Assembly (NCBI GenBank): GCA_965261975.1
Contig: CBDHEC010000051.1
Coordinates: 146,261 to 210,260 of the forward strand
Direction of reading: 5' to 3'
Source: Alphaproteobacteria bacterium
GTDB taxonomy: Bacteria; Pseudomonadota; Alphaproteobacteria; UBA6615
Length of the DNA stretch: 64,000 bases
Numbering within the stretch: position 1 is the first letter of the stretch; every line of letters begins with the position of its first letter. Position numbers and translations under genes: made by a program. Of the stretch, positions 10,625 to 19,654 are shown in pieces. The notes under the pieces are model-generated. The model was not told the DNA's origin. It saw only the letters and a program-made list of their open reading frames with translations, and made no database searches.

Positions 10625-10807
10625 ATGGCACGTAAGACGAATTACAGTTTTGAAAAACGCCAACGCGAACTCCAGAAGAAGGAGAAGAAAGCCGCCAAGG
10701 CCGAGGCCAAGCGGGCCGCACGGATTAGCCAGGGCGAACTGACGCCTGATGGCGAGGCGCCCGACGGCGCTCCTGCAGACAGCACTCCGCGCGAGCCGAG
10801 CGAATAA
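10625..10807 (+). CDS. Small basic uncharacterised protein (60 aa)
   Basis: AAGGAG RBS; NYSFEKRQRE..KK motif; lies between rhlE and the terminator. Confidence 0.75.
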   Translation: MARKTNYSFEKRQRELQKKEKKAAKAEAKRAARISQGELTPDGEAPDGAPADSTPREPSE

Positions 10808-10828
10808 CACCAACGAAACCGAAATCAG

Positions 10829-10858
10829 AAGGGCGCCCCCGGTGGGCGCCCTTTTTTT
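10829..10858 (+). terminator. Rho-independent terminator
   Basis: AAGGGCGCCC-ccggt-GGGCGCCCTT followed by a T-run. Confidence 0.9.
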
Positions 10859-10899
10859 CGATGCCCGGTTTTCCTGCAGCCGGGTTTTGCTGTACCAGC

Positions 10900-12165
10900 A
10901 TGCGCATGTCTCGAACCCGATACATTCTTGCCATGGTACCCGGGCTCGGCCTGGCGTTTATCCTGAGCCAGTTCCTGCGTTCGATCCCGGCGGTCATCGC
11001 ACCCGATCTCCGTATGGAGCTGGAACTAACCGCCGGCCAACTCAGCGCATTGCCATCGGCACTATTTTTCGGATCAGCCATCATGCAACTGCCCGCGGGT
11101 GTTCTGCTCGACCGGTTCGGGCCTCGCATCACGGTTGCGGCATTTCTTCTGATTACAGCCACAGGGGTTTTTGGCTTCTCCGTCGCCACGACGACCATCG
11201 GACTGACGGCATGGCTTCTCGTGACCGGATGGGGCATCGCGCCGGTTTTCATGGGCACCATCGTCCTTCTGTCACGCTGGGTACGCCGGGACCGGCTGGC
11301 GACCATGACGGCTCTGACCGTTGGTGTCGGGGGAACCGGCATGCTCTTGTCCGCATCGCCTTTCGCCGCCGCGACCGAAGCCTTCGGCTGGCGCGATACG
11401 TTGACTGCGGTCAGCGTCTTCGCGGTCGCGCTGTTTGGCGTGATACTCCTGACCGTCCGTGACCGACCGCCGGACAGCCCGGCGCCACCTGGCCCCAGTG
11501 AAAGCCTGATCCAGGTCGTCAGCGGTCTGGCGGTGGTGTTCCGGGAGCCCAAGCTCTATGCGATCGGCTGCATCGGTGGCATTACCGTGGGGTCCTTCCT
11601 GACCTTCCGCACACTTTGGGTCGGCCCCTACCTCAACGACGTCTTCGGGTCCGACCTGATCGCCCGCGGCAACATCATCTTTCTGATTTCTCTCGCCTGG
11701 CTCATCAGCGCGGTCGCGATAGGCCCCCTCGACCGGGTTTTCGACACGCGACGCATGGTCGTCGCCGTTGGCGCCACTTTCATGGCGATCTGGTTTGCGT
11801 TGCTGGCGTTGGCCGACGACAGCTCACTGCCGTTTACCGTGGGTGCGATGGTGGCGCTCGGGCTTTGTTCCGGTCTGTCGTCGCCAATTTTTGCCCATGC
11901 CCGCGCACTGTTTTCCGATCGCTATGTCGGTCGCCTGGTTACCGCGATCAATCTGTTCATCTGGGGTGGTGTCTTTCTCGTCCAGGTCGCGACGGGGCTC
12001 TTCATCGACGCGTTTCCGGCTGATGCCTTGGGCCGCACGCCGGTCGAGGCCTATCGCTGGAACTTCGCCATTCTCGCGACACTCCTTCTGACGGCCGTGT
12101 TCTTCTACCTGCGCGTAGACGACGTGCCGCCGTCGCGGGATTCGGACGACCGGGAAACGCGTTAG
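10900..12165 (+). CDS. MFS transporter
   Basis: GVLLDRFGPR motif A; about 12 TM segments. Confidence 0.9.
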   Translation: MRMSRTRYILAMVPGLGLAFILSQFLRSIPAVIAPDLRMELELTAGQLSALPSALFFGSAIMQLPAGVLLDRFGPRITVAAFLLITATGVFGFSVATTTIGLTAWLLVTGWGIAPVFMGTIVLLSRWVRRDRLATMTALTVGVGGTGMLLSASPFAAATEAFGWRDTLTAVSVFAVALFGVILLTVRDRPPDSPAPPGPSESLIQVVSGLAVVFREPKLYAIGCIGGITVGSFLTFRTLWVGPYLNDVFGSDLIARGNIIFLISLAWLISAVAIGPLDRVFDTRRMVVAVGATFMAIWFALLALADDSSLPFTVGAMVALGLCSGLSSPIFAHARALFSDRYVGRLVTAINLFIWGGVFLVQVATGLFIDAFPADALGRTPVEAYRWNFAILATLLLTAVFFYLRVDDVPPSRDSDDRETR

Positions 12166-12539
12166 TCCGCGCCTGGCGAGGGGTAAAAGCGGCCCCAAAT
12201 TTTCAAAATGAAATGAGCCACGATCAATCCCAGAATGACGCCTGCCGTATTTGACAGGGCATCGGCCAGGCTACCGTTACGCCCCGCCCAGCTCGCCTGC
12301 GCAATTTCCAGGAAAATACCAATACCGATGGCCGCGAGCCTCGCGCGTACTCGCCCGGACCAACTGGCGAAGCCCAACCCGGCGCAACCGGCAATGACGC
12401 CGTAAGCCAGGAGATGAAGGGCCTTGTCCGTGCCTTCGGGTGTATCCATCTGTGGTTGAGGGATTAACGACAGCACGATCACCAGAAGGATGAATGCGAG
12501 ATATCCCAGGATGAAGACCCGGTGGGGCAAGCGAATCAC
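12162..12539 (-). CDS. VanZ family membrane protein
   Basis: DKALHLLAY, LEIAQ...GRNGSLADALSN motifs; GTG start inferred inside the longer ORF 12162..12857. Confidence 0.8.
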   Translation of the reverse strand: MIRLPHRVFILGYLAFILLVIVLSLIPQPQMDTPEGTDKALHLLAYGVIAGCAGLGFASWSGRVRARLAAIGIGIFLEIAQASWAGRNGSLADALSNTAGVILGLIVAHFILKIWGRFYPSPGAD

Positions 12540-12543
12540 AGTT

Positions 12544-12936
12544 TCAAACGCCCTGGTTCTGCGTCTTTTCGATGTACAGATCATCGAGGCTGCGGAACTC
12601 GCACGAACCCTTGTTGATGATCCGGGACAGGCCCAACTCGACCGTCTCGACATAACGCGAGCCATCTGCGTTCGCGTCAAAAATCCCCACACCGCCAAAT
12701 GTAATCCTGACTTGGTCGTCGGCTCGCTCGACAGACGGGAGATCATAAACCGAGCAAATATGCTGATCGCAGCGACGGTAGGCATCCTCGATGAAATCGA
12801 TCTGGATTTGCGGGTGTTGGGGGTCGTCGGGCAGGCAAAACCATTGCCCCGACGCATCGGAAATAGCCGGGTCGGCAGCAGCTGTCGCCACCAGACGAGC
12901 CGTTATCAGAACTGAGATTGCGAACGTGGCGCGCAT
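12544..12936 (-). CDS. Hypothetical exported protein with four Cys
   Basis: GAGG RBS, signal-peptide-like N-terminus, protein-like composition. Confidence 0.55.
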   Translation of the reverse strand: MRATFAISVLITARLVATAAADPAISDASGQWFCLPDDPQHPQIQIDFIEDAYRRCDQHICSVYDLPSVERADDQVRITFGGVGIFDANADGSRYVETVELGLSRIINKGSCEFRSLDDLYIEKTQNQGV

Positions 12937-13052
12937 GGCCTCTCTTAGCATATTCAACGTGAGAATCCGGGGTCTTCACGAAAGGCTCGAAAGATTGACT
13001 CCACCCCACATCTGTCGGAAGTCTCCCTCGTGAACGACTGGCGAGCCTATCC

Positions 13053-13718
13053 ATGACGAATACCCCGCAGATCGCATTGTTTCATGTCCACAAGGACGCG
13101 ATGAACGCCGCCGTGGCGGCCTTCGAACGCGATTGGCCCGAGGCCCGTGTGAGCAACCTGCTCGAAGACGGTCTGTTCGAATGGGTGCGCGAAACCGGTG
13201 GGGTCGTGCCCGAGATGTATGAGGCGTTTCAAACCCTCACTGCGTATGCAGTCGGCCGTGGCGCAGACGGCATCCTGTACTCATGCTCGGCATTTCGTGA
13301 ATGCATCGATGCCTGCATCGAGAATTACGAGCTGCCCATGCTCAAGCCGAACGACGCGATGATCGAGGCGGCACTGAACAGGGGAAGCCGTATCGCGGTT
13401 CTGGCAACGGTCGGGCCCACCATTACATCCATTTCCGCCGAGATCGAAGAGATGGCACAGGCAACTGGCCGTGACGTCATCCTGTCTTCGCATATGGTCG
13501 ACGGTGCCTTCGACGCCATGGCAGCCGGTGACGGCACCACGCATGACCGTCTGGTGGCCGAAGTTGCTGCGCAAATATCCGATGCCGATGTGATCGTGCT
13601 GGCCCAGTTCACACTGGCCCGGGCTGTGCCGGCAGTTGCCGCCGTCACCAATATCCCTGTCCTGGACTCGCCCGGTGCCGCCGTAATGAAAATGCGCGAA
13701 CTGCTAGGGCAGGGCTAG
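13053..13718 (+). CDS. Asp/Glu/hydantoin racemase family protein
   Basis: GADGILYSCSAF, RIAVLAT and VIVLAQFTLA motifs. Confidence 0.8.
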   Translation: MTNTPQIALFHVHKDAMNAAVAAFERDWPEARVSNLLEDGLFEWVRETGGVVPEMYEAFQTLTAYAVGRGADGILYSCSAFRECIDACIENYELPMLKPNDAMIEAALNRGSRIAVLATVGPTITSISAEIEEMAQATGRDVILSSHMVDGAFDAMAAGDGTTHDRLVAEVAAQISDADVIVLAQFTLARAVPAVAAVTNIPVLDSPGAAVMKMRELLGQG

Positions 13719-13722
13719 ACCC

Positions 13723-14418
13723 TCAATCCTTGGTCCTGTCGTCGCCGAGGCGAAGCGAGAAGCCACCCTCCGCCGGGACGGAGCCGCCGGGGTCTCCCGA
13801 CGGATCGGCCGCCGTCTCGGGCGGTGCACCGCCAAACATGGAGCGAAGCTTGCGATAGACCGCGCGGATGGCGCGGAATATCTTCGGCAACAGCCATATC
13901 ATCAGCAGAATGAACAGGCCGAGCAGGACCAGGAAAACAATCGGATGATTGAGCGCGGCCCAGAGGCCAGCGATCACCGCGATATCCTCGAGGATCGATG
14001 CCGTCCAGTTGGTCACCGGTTCCGGCGAGGTGTTGATCGCAAGCCGGGTGCCCGCCTTTGTAAAGTGAGAGGCGCCCGCGAGCGACCCGCCGGCAATCGC
14101 CGCCGCCAGTTCCGCTCCGGCCCCCACATCACCGACCGCGCCGGCCGCGAGGATTGCACCGGCCGGTATCCGGATGAATGTTTGTATCGTGTCCCAGCCC
14201 GAATCCACGCCGGGAACCTTGTCCGCGAAGAACTCTGCCAGGAACATGATCCCGGCCGCGCCGATAACCAGCGGGTTGGACAGCACTTCCAGATCCGGCG
14301 GCAGATCCATATTGCCCGTGGCATTCATCAGGCCAAGGGTCAGGATCGCGGCATAGAGGTTGATGCCACTGGCCCAGGCCACCCCCATGGTCAACGCAAT
14401 GGTTTCTACCGGCCCCAT
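13723..14418 (-). CDS. DUF4126 family membrane protein
   Basis: WASGINLYA, EFFADKVPGVDSGWD, INTSPEP..NWTAS.LED motifs. Confidence 0.85.
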   Translation of the reverse strand: MGPVETIALTMGVAWASGINLYAAILTLGLMNATGNMDLPPDLEVLSNPLVIGAAGIMFLAEFFADKVPGVDSGWDTIQTFIRIPAGAILAAGAVGDVGAGAELAAAIAGGSLAGASHFTKAGTRLAINTSPEPVTNWTASILEDIAVIAGLWAALNHPIVFLVLLGLFILLMIWLLPKIFRAIRAVYRKLRSMFGGAPPETAADPSGDPGGSVPAEGGFSLRLGDDRTKD

Positions 14419-14530
14419 GGATCACTCTCGCATTCGTGAATACCGCCCCCTGCACGTTGGGGCGCACAAGGTGTGTGTCAATGGGCCGCGAATGGCGCCC
14501 CATAAACGTCATATTCGCAAAATGCCTGAT

Positions 14531-15301
14531 TCAGGCGGTTTTCGGAAGCTTTCGAAGGCCGCTGACGAGACAGACCAGTAATGGCTTGAAGGCAAACTCG
14601 GCACGCGCCTGAGCGCCAATTGTCATCAGGCTTTCTTCCATGACACGTCCCGGGACGCGTTGGCCAAGACCGATATCGCACAACTGGTCGAACATGCCGA
14701 CGGCAATGTCCCAGTAACGATTGTCTTCGAGCGGAACGTCGGACAGGCGGGCGCAATCCACCAGCGTGACCGCGGCGGCGCTGGCCACGAATTCCGTGCT
14801 GCCACGGGCACAGGCGCGCAACAGGTAACGGAAGTCCGCAAGTCGGCTGCGTTCCATGCCGTAGTGCCGGCCGATTACCTGAAGTTCACTCGACAATCTC
14901 TTGAAATCAAGAGAACTATCGATTTCCAGAGGCATGCGCGGAAGGTCCGCAATGACCGAAGGAGGCGCACCGACATCTTCCATCTGATAGGCGAAGACCT
15001 GGTTCACGCAAATCCGGGCAAGAAGCCAGGCGCGCTCTGCGTGACGGCCATCATTCGTCCCCATGATCCGCGTCGCCAGCAGCTTGAGGCCCTGGCGGGC
15101 ATCGCAATCGAGGGTGTCGTTGATCTTGATGGCGTAGGACGCAATGACGGGGCAGGCCGTCACGGGGCGCTCCGTATGCCGTTCGCCGGCCAGAAGAGCG
15201 ACCAGCGACATGACGCAAAGCTCACTTTCCCGTCGCTCGCCGACACGCGGCACGAGGTCCAACTGGCGAAATAGGGTTTCGACTTGTCTGTGACCCGGCA
15301 T
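14531..15301 (-). CDS. Hypothetical protein (LCVMSLVALLAGE.H...P..CPVI...IND motif)
   Basis: Long ORF with globular composition; start MPGHRQ inferred (ORF is open to 15364). Confidence 0.7.
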   Translation of the reverse strand: MPGHRQVETLFRQLDLVPRVGERRESELCVMSLVALLAGERHTERPVTACPVIASYAIKINDTLDCDARQGLKLLATRIMGTNDGRHAERAWLLARICVNQVFAYQMEDVGAPPSVIADLPRMPLEIDSSLDFKRLSSELQVIGRHYGMERSRLADFRYLLRACARGSTEFVASAAAVTLVDCARLSDVPLEDNRYWDIAVGMFDQLCDIGLGQRVPGRVMEESLMTIGAQARAEFAFKPLLVCLVSGLRKLPKTA

Positions 15302-15396
15302 AATGAAAACCGTACTCCAAGAATCGAATATCGTCCATCGGGGTCGTATCACGAGTTCTTGCACACTGCCCCGTTAGCGGGACGAGGAGCCAGGAA

Positions 15397-16248
15397 ATGT
15401 CGGAAATTGAGCGCGGCACCGTTAAGGCGAACGGTGTGACATTGCATTATCGGGCCAGCGGAGAGGGGGCACCGATGGTTTTGCTGCATGGTTGGCCCCA
15501 AACCTCGTATTCCTGGCGCAAGATGCTCCCGCGCCTGGCACCGCATTACCGATGCATCGCCCCGGATTTGCGGGGATTTGGCGATTCCGACAAGCCGGTT
15601 GGCGGTTACGACATGCGCACGGTCGCAAACGATATCCACGCCCTGTGCGAGGCGCTCGAACTGGAGAATGTGTACCTCGTCGGGGCCGACTGGGGTGGGT
15701 TGGTCGCGCGGCGTTTCGCGCTCGACCGGCCGGGCGTACTCGACCGGCTTTGCATCGTCGATATCGTGCCGCATGACCAGATATTCGCGAATTTCACGCC
15801 CGCCTACGCGCGCGGCGCCTGGCATTACTTTTTCAACGCCGTGCCCGACATGCCCGAGCAACTCGTTGCCCACGACATCAAACTGTTCCTGCAAGCGATG
15901 TTCCGGCCGAAATATCACAATTCAGAACATATGGATGAGGCGATCGACGAGTATGTCCGGGCCTATTCCAAGCCCGGCGCGTTACGCGGCGGTTTCGCCT
16001 ACTACAAGGCCATGTTCGACGAGAACCCGGCACTCGATGCGGAACAACCTGACGCTCAGATCGTCGAGCCGCTGCATTGCGTTTGGGGTAACAGCGGCGG
16101 CATGGGTGGCCCCTTCGACGTGCTCAAGATGTGGGAAGGCGTCGCACCAAAGCTGACGGGCCGGGGACTCGACGCATGTGGGCATTATGTCCACGAAGAG
16201 CAGCCGGATGCTCTTGCCGAGGAGATTATTGCCTTCGGCAAGGTTTGA
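15397..16248 (+). CDS. Alpha/beta hydrolase (epoxide hydrolase/haloacetate dehalogenase-like)
   Basis: HGWP oxyanion motif, DLRGFG, GADWGG Asp nucleophile, CGHYVHEE. Confidence 0.9.
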   Translation: MSEIERGTVKANGVTLHYRASGEGAPMVLLHGWPQTSYSWRKMLPRLAPHYRCIAPDLRGFGDSDKPVGGYDMRTVANDIHALCEALELENVYLVGADWGGLVARRFALDRPGVLDRLCIVDIVPHDQIFANFTPAYARGAWHYFFNAVPDMPEQLVAHDIKLFLQAMFRPKYHNSEHMDEAIDEYVRAYSKPGALRGGFAYYKAMFDENPALDAEQPDAQIVEPLHCVWGNSGGMGGPFDVLKMWEGVAPKLTGRGLDACGHYVHEEQPDALAEEIIAFGKV

Positions 16249-16278
16249 CCGGCCGTGTAGCCAAGGAGCCCGTTACAC

Positions 16279-16638
16279 ATGAGCGACAGCATCATTGAGG
16301 ATTTGTCGCCCGGCGAACTGGCAACCGTCGTCGAATTGCAACGGGTCGAGCTTGATCGCCTGTTGTCGGAACAAAAGCGCCTGAACGACCGGATAGACTT
16401 GCTGCTACAGCTTCAGGAGCGCGAACAGGTGCTGCGTCAACAGATGCAGGCGTCGCTCGAACAACTCGTGGCTCAACGTGGGGCCCCGCAGGCATCAACG
16501 TCGCTAGACATGCCGGACGAAGTGCCTCTGCTGAGTGACCGGCTGGACCGGGCGGAACGAAGGTTTCGTGCGCTCCGCACGGCGGTGGGACAGCTTGTCG
16601 TCGCGCTCGAGCGACAGATTACGGGGCAGAGAGCCTAA
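16279..16638 (+). CDS. Hypothetical coiled-coil protein
   Basis: AAGGAG RBS; L/Q/E/R-rich heptad pattern. Confidence 0.65.
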   Translation: MSDSIIEDLSPGELATVVELQRVELDRLLSEQKRLNDRIDLLLQLQEREQVLRQQMQASLEQLVAQRGAPQASTSLDMPDEVPLLSDRLDRAERRFRALRTAVGQLVVALERQITGQRA

Positions 16639-16658
16639 ACGGGCGGACATCGACCCGG

Positions 16659-17522
16659 CTAGTGCGCCATCAGCACCGGTATCTCGGCGTTCGCGAGGAT
16701 CTGGCTGGTCGCACCCCCGAAGATCATCTGCCGCAGACGGCTCTGGGTGTAGCCACCCTTGATGAGCATGTCGCCGCCGACCTCCATGGTCTCCTTCAGG
16801 ATAATGTCACCCGCATCCGCCGCAGAGCGCCGCCCGGGAATTTCGCGCACGTCCACGGCGACGTCGTCCCGCTGCAGATTGACCTTCACGTCTTCCGCGC
16901 TGGGGCCCGGTACCATGCCGCCTTCGACGGCCAGCACAGTGATCCGGTCCGCTTCGCGCAACACTGGCTTGGCGAATGCAATCGCGCGGGCAGTCTCCGT
17001 ACCGCCGTTCCAGGCGATCACCACATGGCGACCGATGTCCTGAGGGATCGTCGGCGGCGCGATCAGTACCGGACGGCCGGATTCAAACAGTACCGTCTCC
17101 AACGTGTTCATCGCCGGTGTCATGGCGCCCGGCATCGGTCGACCGACGACGGTCAGATCGAAAACCCGGGCGCGCTGCCCGAAGATACCGATCCCTGAAG
17201 CCTCGTCCTCGACCCATCTGGCACACAGCTTGGTCGAGTTTCCCTGCGCTTCGGGAATATTGTTCTGGGCAACGAATTCCTGGAACTGCGCCTGCAGACG
17301 ATCCGCGCGCATGCGCTGTTCCTGCTCGAATTGTTCCTCCGTCCCCGACAGGGCCGCCGCACCGCCTTCAAACCCGACGGCGACGGCGCCGGCCAGGGTC
17401 GGACGGATACACAGGCCCTCGATATAGCTGTCGTAGCGCTTCGCAAAAACGAGCGCCGTCGCCAGGACCGATTCCAATATCTCGCTCTCTTCAAGCGGAA
17501 CCAAGATTGAGCTAAACGCCAT
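16659..17522 (-). CDS. Universal stress protein (tandem USP domains)
   Basis: SILVP, ESGRPVLIAP, VIAWNG..ETARA, GGY..SRLRQMIFGGAT; GGAGG RBS. Confidence 0.92.
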   Translation of the reverse strand: MAFSSILVPLEESEILESVLATALVFAKRYDSYIEGLCIRPTLAGAVAVGFEGGAAALSGTEEQFEQEQRMRADRLQAQFQEFVAQNNIPEAQGNSTKLCARWVEDEASGIGIFGQRARVFDLTVVGRPMPGAMTPAMNTLETVLFESGRPVLIAPPTIPQDIGRHVVIAWNGGTETARAIAFAKPVLREADRITVLAVEGGMVPGPSAEDVKVNLQRDDVAVDVREIPGRRSAADAGDIILKETMEVGGDMLIKGGYTQSRLRQMIFGGATSQILANAEIPVLMAH

Positions 17523-17611
17523 AAGTGCCTCCCAACGCGTATGGCTTTTTCTTGATAATGCGCCTAGTCGACGCTTTCGGGCAACCCGGCAAGAATTCCT
17601 TGCGCCTATGG

Positions 17612-17640
17612 TTGCCACGCCGGTGGCGTTCGGGTAAGAA
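17612..17640 (+). promoter_or_regulatory. Putative promoter of the tRNA-Leu pair
   Basis: TTGCCA-17 nt-TAAGAA, 18 nt upstream of the first tRNA. Confidence 0.5.
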
Positions 17641-17658
17641 ATCGCGCTTCCGAACGGA

Positions 17659-17745
17659 GCGGCAGTGGCGGAATTGGTAGACGCGCAACGTTGAGGGCGT
17701 TGTGGGCGCAAGCCCGTGGAGGTTCAAGTCCTCTCTGCCGCACCA
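17659..17745 (+). tRNA. tRNA-Leu (anticodon GAG)
   Basis: GCGGCAG/CTGCCGC acceptor, CAACG-TTGAGGG-CGTTG anticodon arm, long variable arm, CCA, 87 nt. Confidence 0.97.
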
Positions 17746-17771
17746 TCATTCGGGAACAGACATCGGGTCAC

Positions 17772-17858
17772 GCGGCAGTGGCGGAATTGGTAGACGCGCT
17801 AGCTTCAGGTGCTAGTGATCGCAAGGTCGTGGAGGTTCAAGTCCTCTCTGCCGCACCA
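17772..17858 (+). tRNA. tRNA-Leu (anticodon CAG)
   Basis: Same acceptor stem, CTAGC-TTCAGGT-GCTAG anticodon arm, long variable arm, CCA, 87 nt. Confidence 0.97.
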
Positions 17859-17875
17859 CCCGAAAGCCTCACCGA

Positions 17876-17905
17876 AAAGGGCGTCTCCAACCGGAGACGC
17901 CCTTT
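17876..17905. terminator. Probably bidirectional terminator between the tRNA pair and the RTX gene
   Basis: AAAGGGCGTCTCC-aacc-GGAGACGCCCTTT between convergent genes. Confidence 0.8.
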
Positions 17906-17930
17906 CTGCTTTTCCAGCCCCCATGGATTT

Positions 17931-19556
17931 TCACCATTCGATGCGATCGAGCCCATCGAAATTGATGACGCTGCCGTCATCCATGGTGACGGTTCCGGAG
18001 GCATCTTCCGTCAAAGTAAGAAAGTCGCTGCCGGTCGCCTCGATCGCTGAACCGCTATCGAGCGAGATGGTCCAGTCGCCGCCATCCGGCGCGCCGTCGA
18101 CCACGTTGCTGAGGTCCATCGTGTCCGTCCAGCCATTGCCACCGTGGACAGCTGTATCACCGCCGGATTCCAGCACAAACAGATCGTCTCCCGAACCACC
18201 ATAGAGTTGATCATCACCGTTCCCGCCGGTGATCGTATCGTTTCCGCTGCCACCGCGAACCGTGTCATCACCCGCACCGCTGTTCAATCGGTCATCACCG
18301 GCACCGCCGTTAAGGTGATCGTCACCGGCGCCGCCGTCGAGACGGTCATCACCAGTGCCACCATTAAGGCGATCATCTCCCTGGCCACCGATCAGTCGAT
18401 CGTCACCGGCACCGCCGTCAAGACGGTCGTCACCAGCGCCACCATTGAGGCGATCATCTCCGCGACCACCGATCAGTCGATCGTCACCGGCACCGCCGTC
18501 GAGACGGTCGTCACCAGCGCCACCATTGAGGCGATCATCTCCGCGACCACCGATTAGTCGATCGTCACCGGCACCGCCGTCGAGACGATCGTCACCGGCA
18601 CCGCCGTTGAGGCGATCGGCGCCAGCGCCGCCGTCGAGACGGTCGTCACCAGCGCCGCCGTCGAGACGGTCGTCACCAGCGCCACCATTGAGGCGATCAA
18701 CTCCGCGGCCACCGATCAGTCGGTCGTCACCGGCACCGCCGTTAAGTCGATCATCCCCGCGACCACCGTTAAGGCGATCAGCACCAACGCCGCCGTCGAG
18801 ACGGTCGTCACCAGCGCCACCATTGAGCCGATCATCTCCGCGGCCACCGATCAGTCGATCATCGCCGCCACGCCCGCTCAGGCGATCATCACCATCTCCG
18901 CCGATGAGACGGTCATCTCCACGCCCGCCAACACGATTTACTGACGGGGCTTCAGGAGAATTTTCCGTTTCCGTATTTGCTGTTTCTGAAGCGACCGCGT
19001 CAGTTTCGTCGAACGGAACCTCCATCTGTGATTCGGCAGCTTGCCGGGGAGGTATGACGGCATCGGCCGCGGCACTTGCCGGTGAAAACGCCGGCGGCAC
19101 CACATTCTGATGCGGCTGTTCTTCTGCTTCATTCACCTGGGGCGCGGGAGCCTCGTTTACCGATTCAGCGGACCGAGCGTCGATGTTACCCGCGGGATTA
19201 TCCGGGGTGGAAATGTACGCTTCCGGCGCGACGGACCTACTTTCGTGCGCCTAGATCGCCTCGCTTTCCACGCCTCGATGCTCGGCAGATTCGGCTTCCT
19301 CTGAAGTCAGGCTATCGACGGATGAACTGTCGTCGGGCTGGGTATTTGATACCAAAACACGATCCCCGTGAGGCTCTTGCCCGTGGGTGCCGGTATGCAA
19401 ATTGGGATTGGTCGTGTCGACGGGTGGACGCGCCTCATTCGCGTTTCCTATCCCTGCATCCCGCGCCTGGGGACTGCGGTATTTCTCTCCGTCACCGAAG
19501 TCATGATCGCCATCGAGGGGCTCGGAAAGCCCATTTACGTTTGCTTCATCAGCCAT
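17931..19556 (-). pseudogene. RTX calcium-binding T1SS substrate (about 541 codons) interrupted by an in-frame TAG at 19251-19253 (nonsense mutation or sequencing error)
   Basis: ORFs 19251..19598 and 17931..19136 share a frame with 38 open codons between them; GGAG RBS before ATG 19556; 28 GGxGxDxLx repeats; C-terminus ...FDGLDRIEW. Confidence 0.8.
18174..18929 (-). repeat. 28 contiguous 27-bp RTX nonapeptide repeats with a higher-order 81-bp unit present three times (about 18363-18605)
   Basis: Counted from the translation: GG(A/R)GDDRL(D/N/I). Confidence 0.95.
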
Positions 19557-19654
19557 CCTGGCCCTCCAGCGTTTCTTACTCGGATCAGCGTGGCGCACAG
19601 CCTAGGCGGAGAGCGTTTACAGAAGGTTTCGGATCACACACCCGTGTATGTCCG

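Noticed and set aside
18174-18929. Regular DNA repeats resembling a CRISPR array; the 251-aa Ser/Pro/Arg ORF 18355..19110
   Set aside because: Contiguous 27-bp coding repeats with synonymous variation, no spacers and no cas genes; the + strand ORF is the antisense of the RTX repeats
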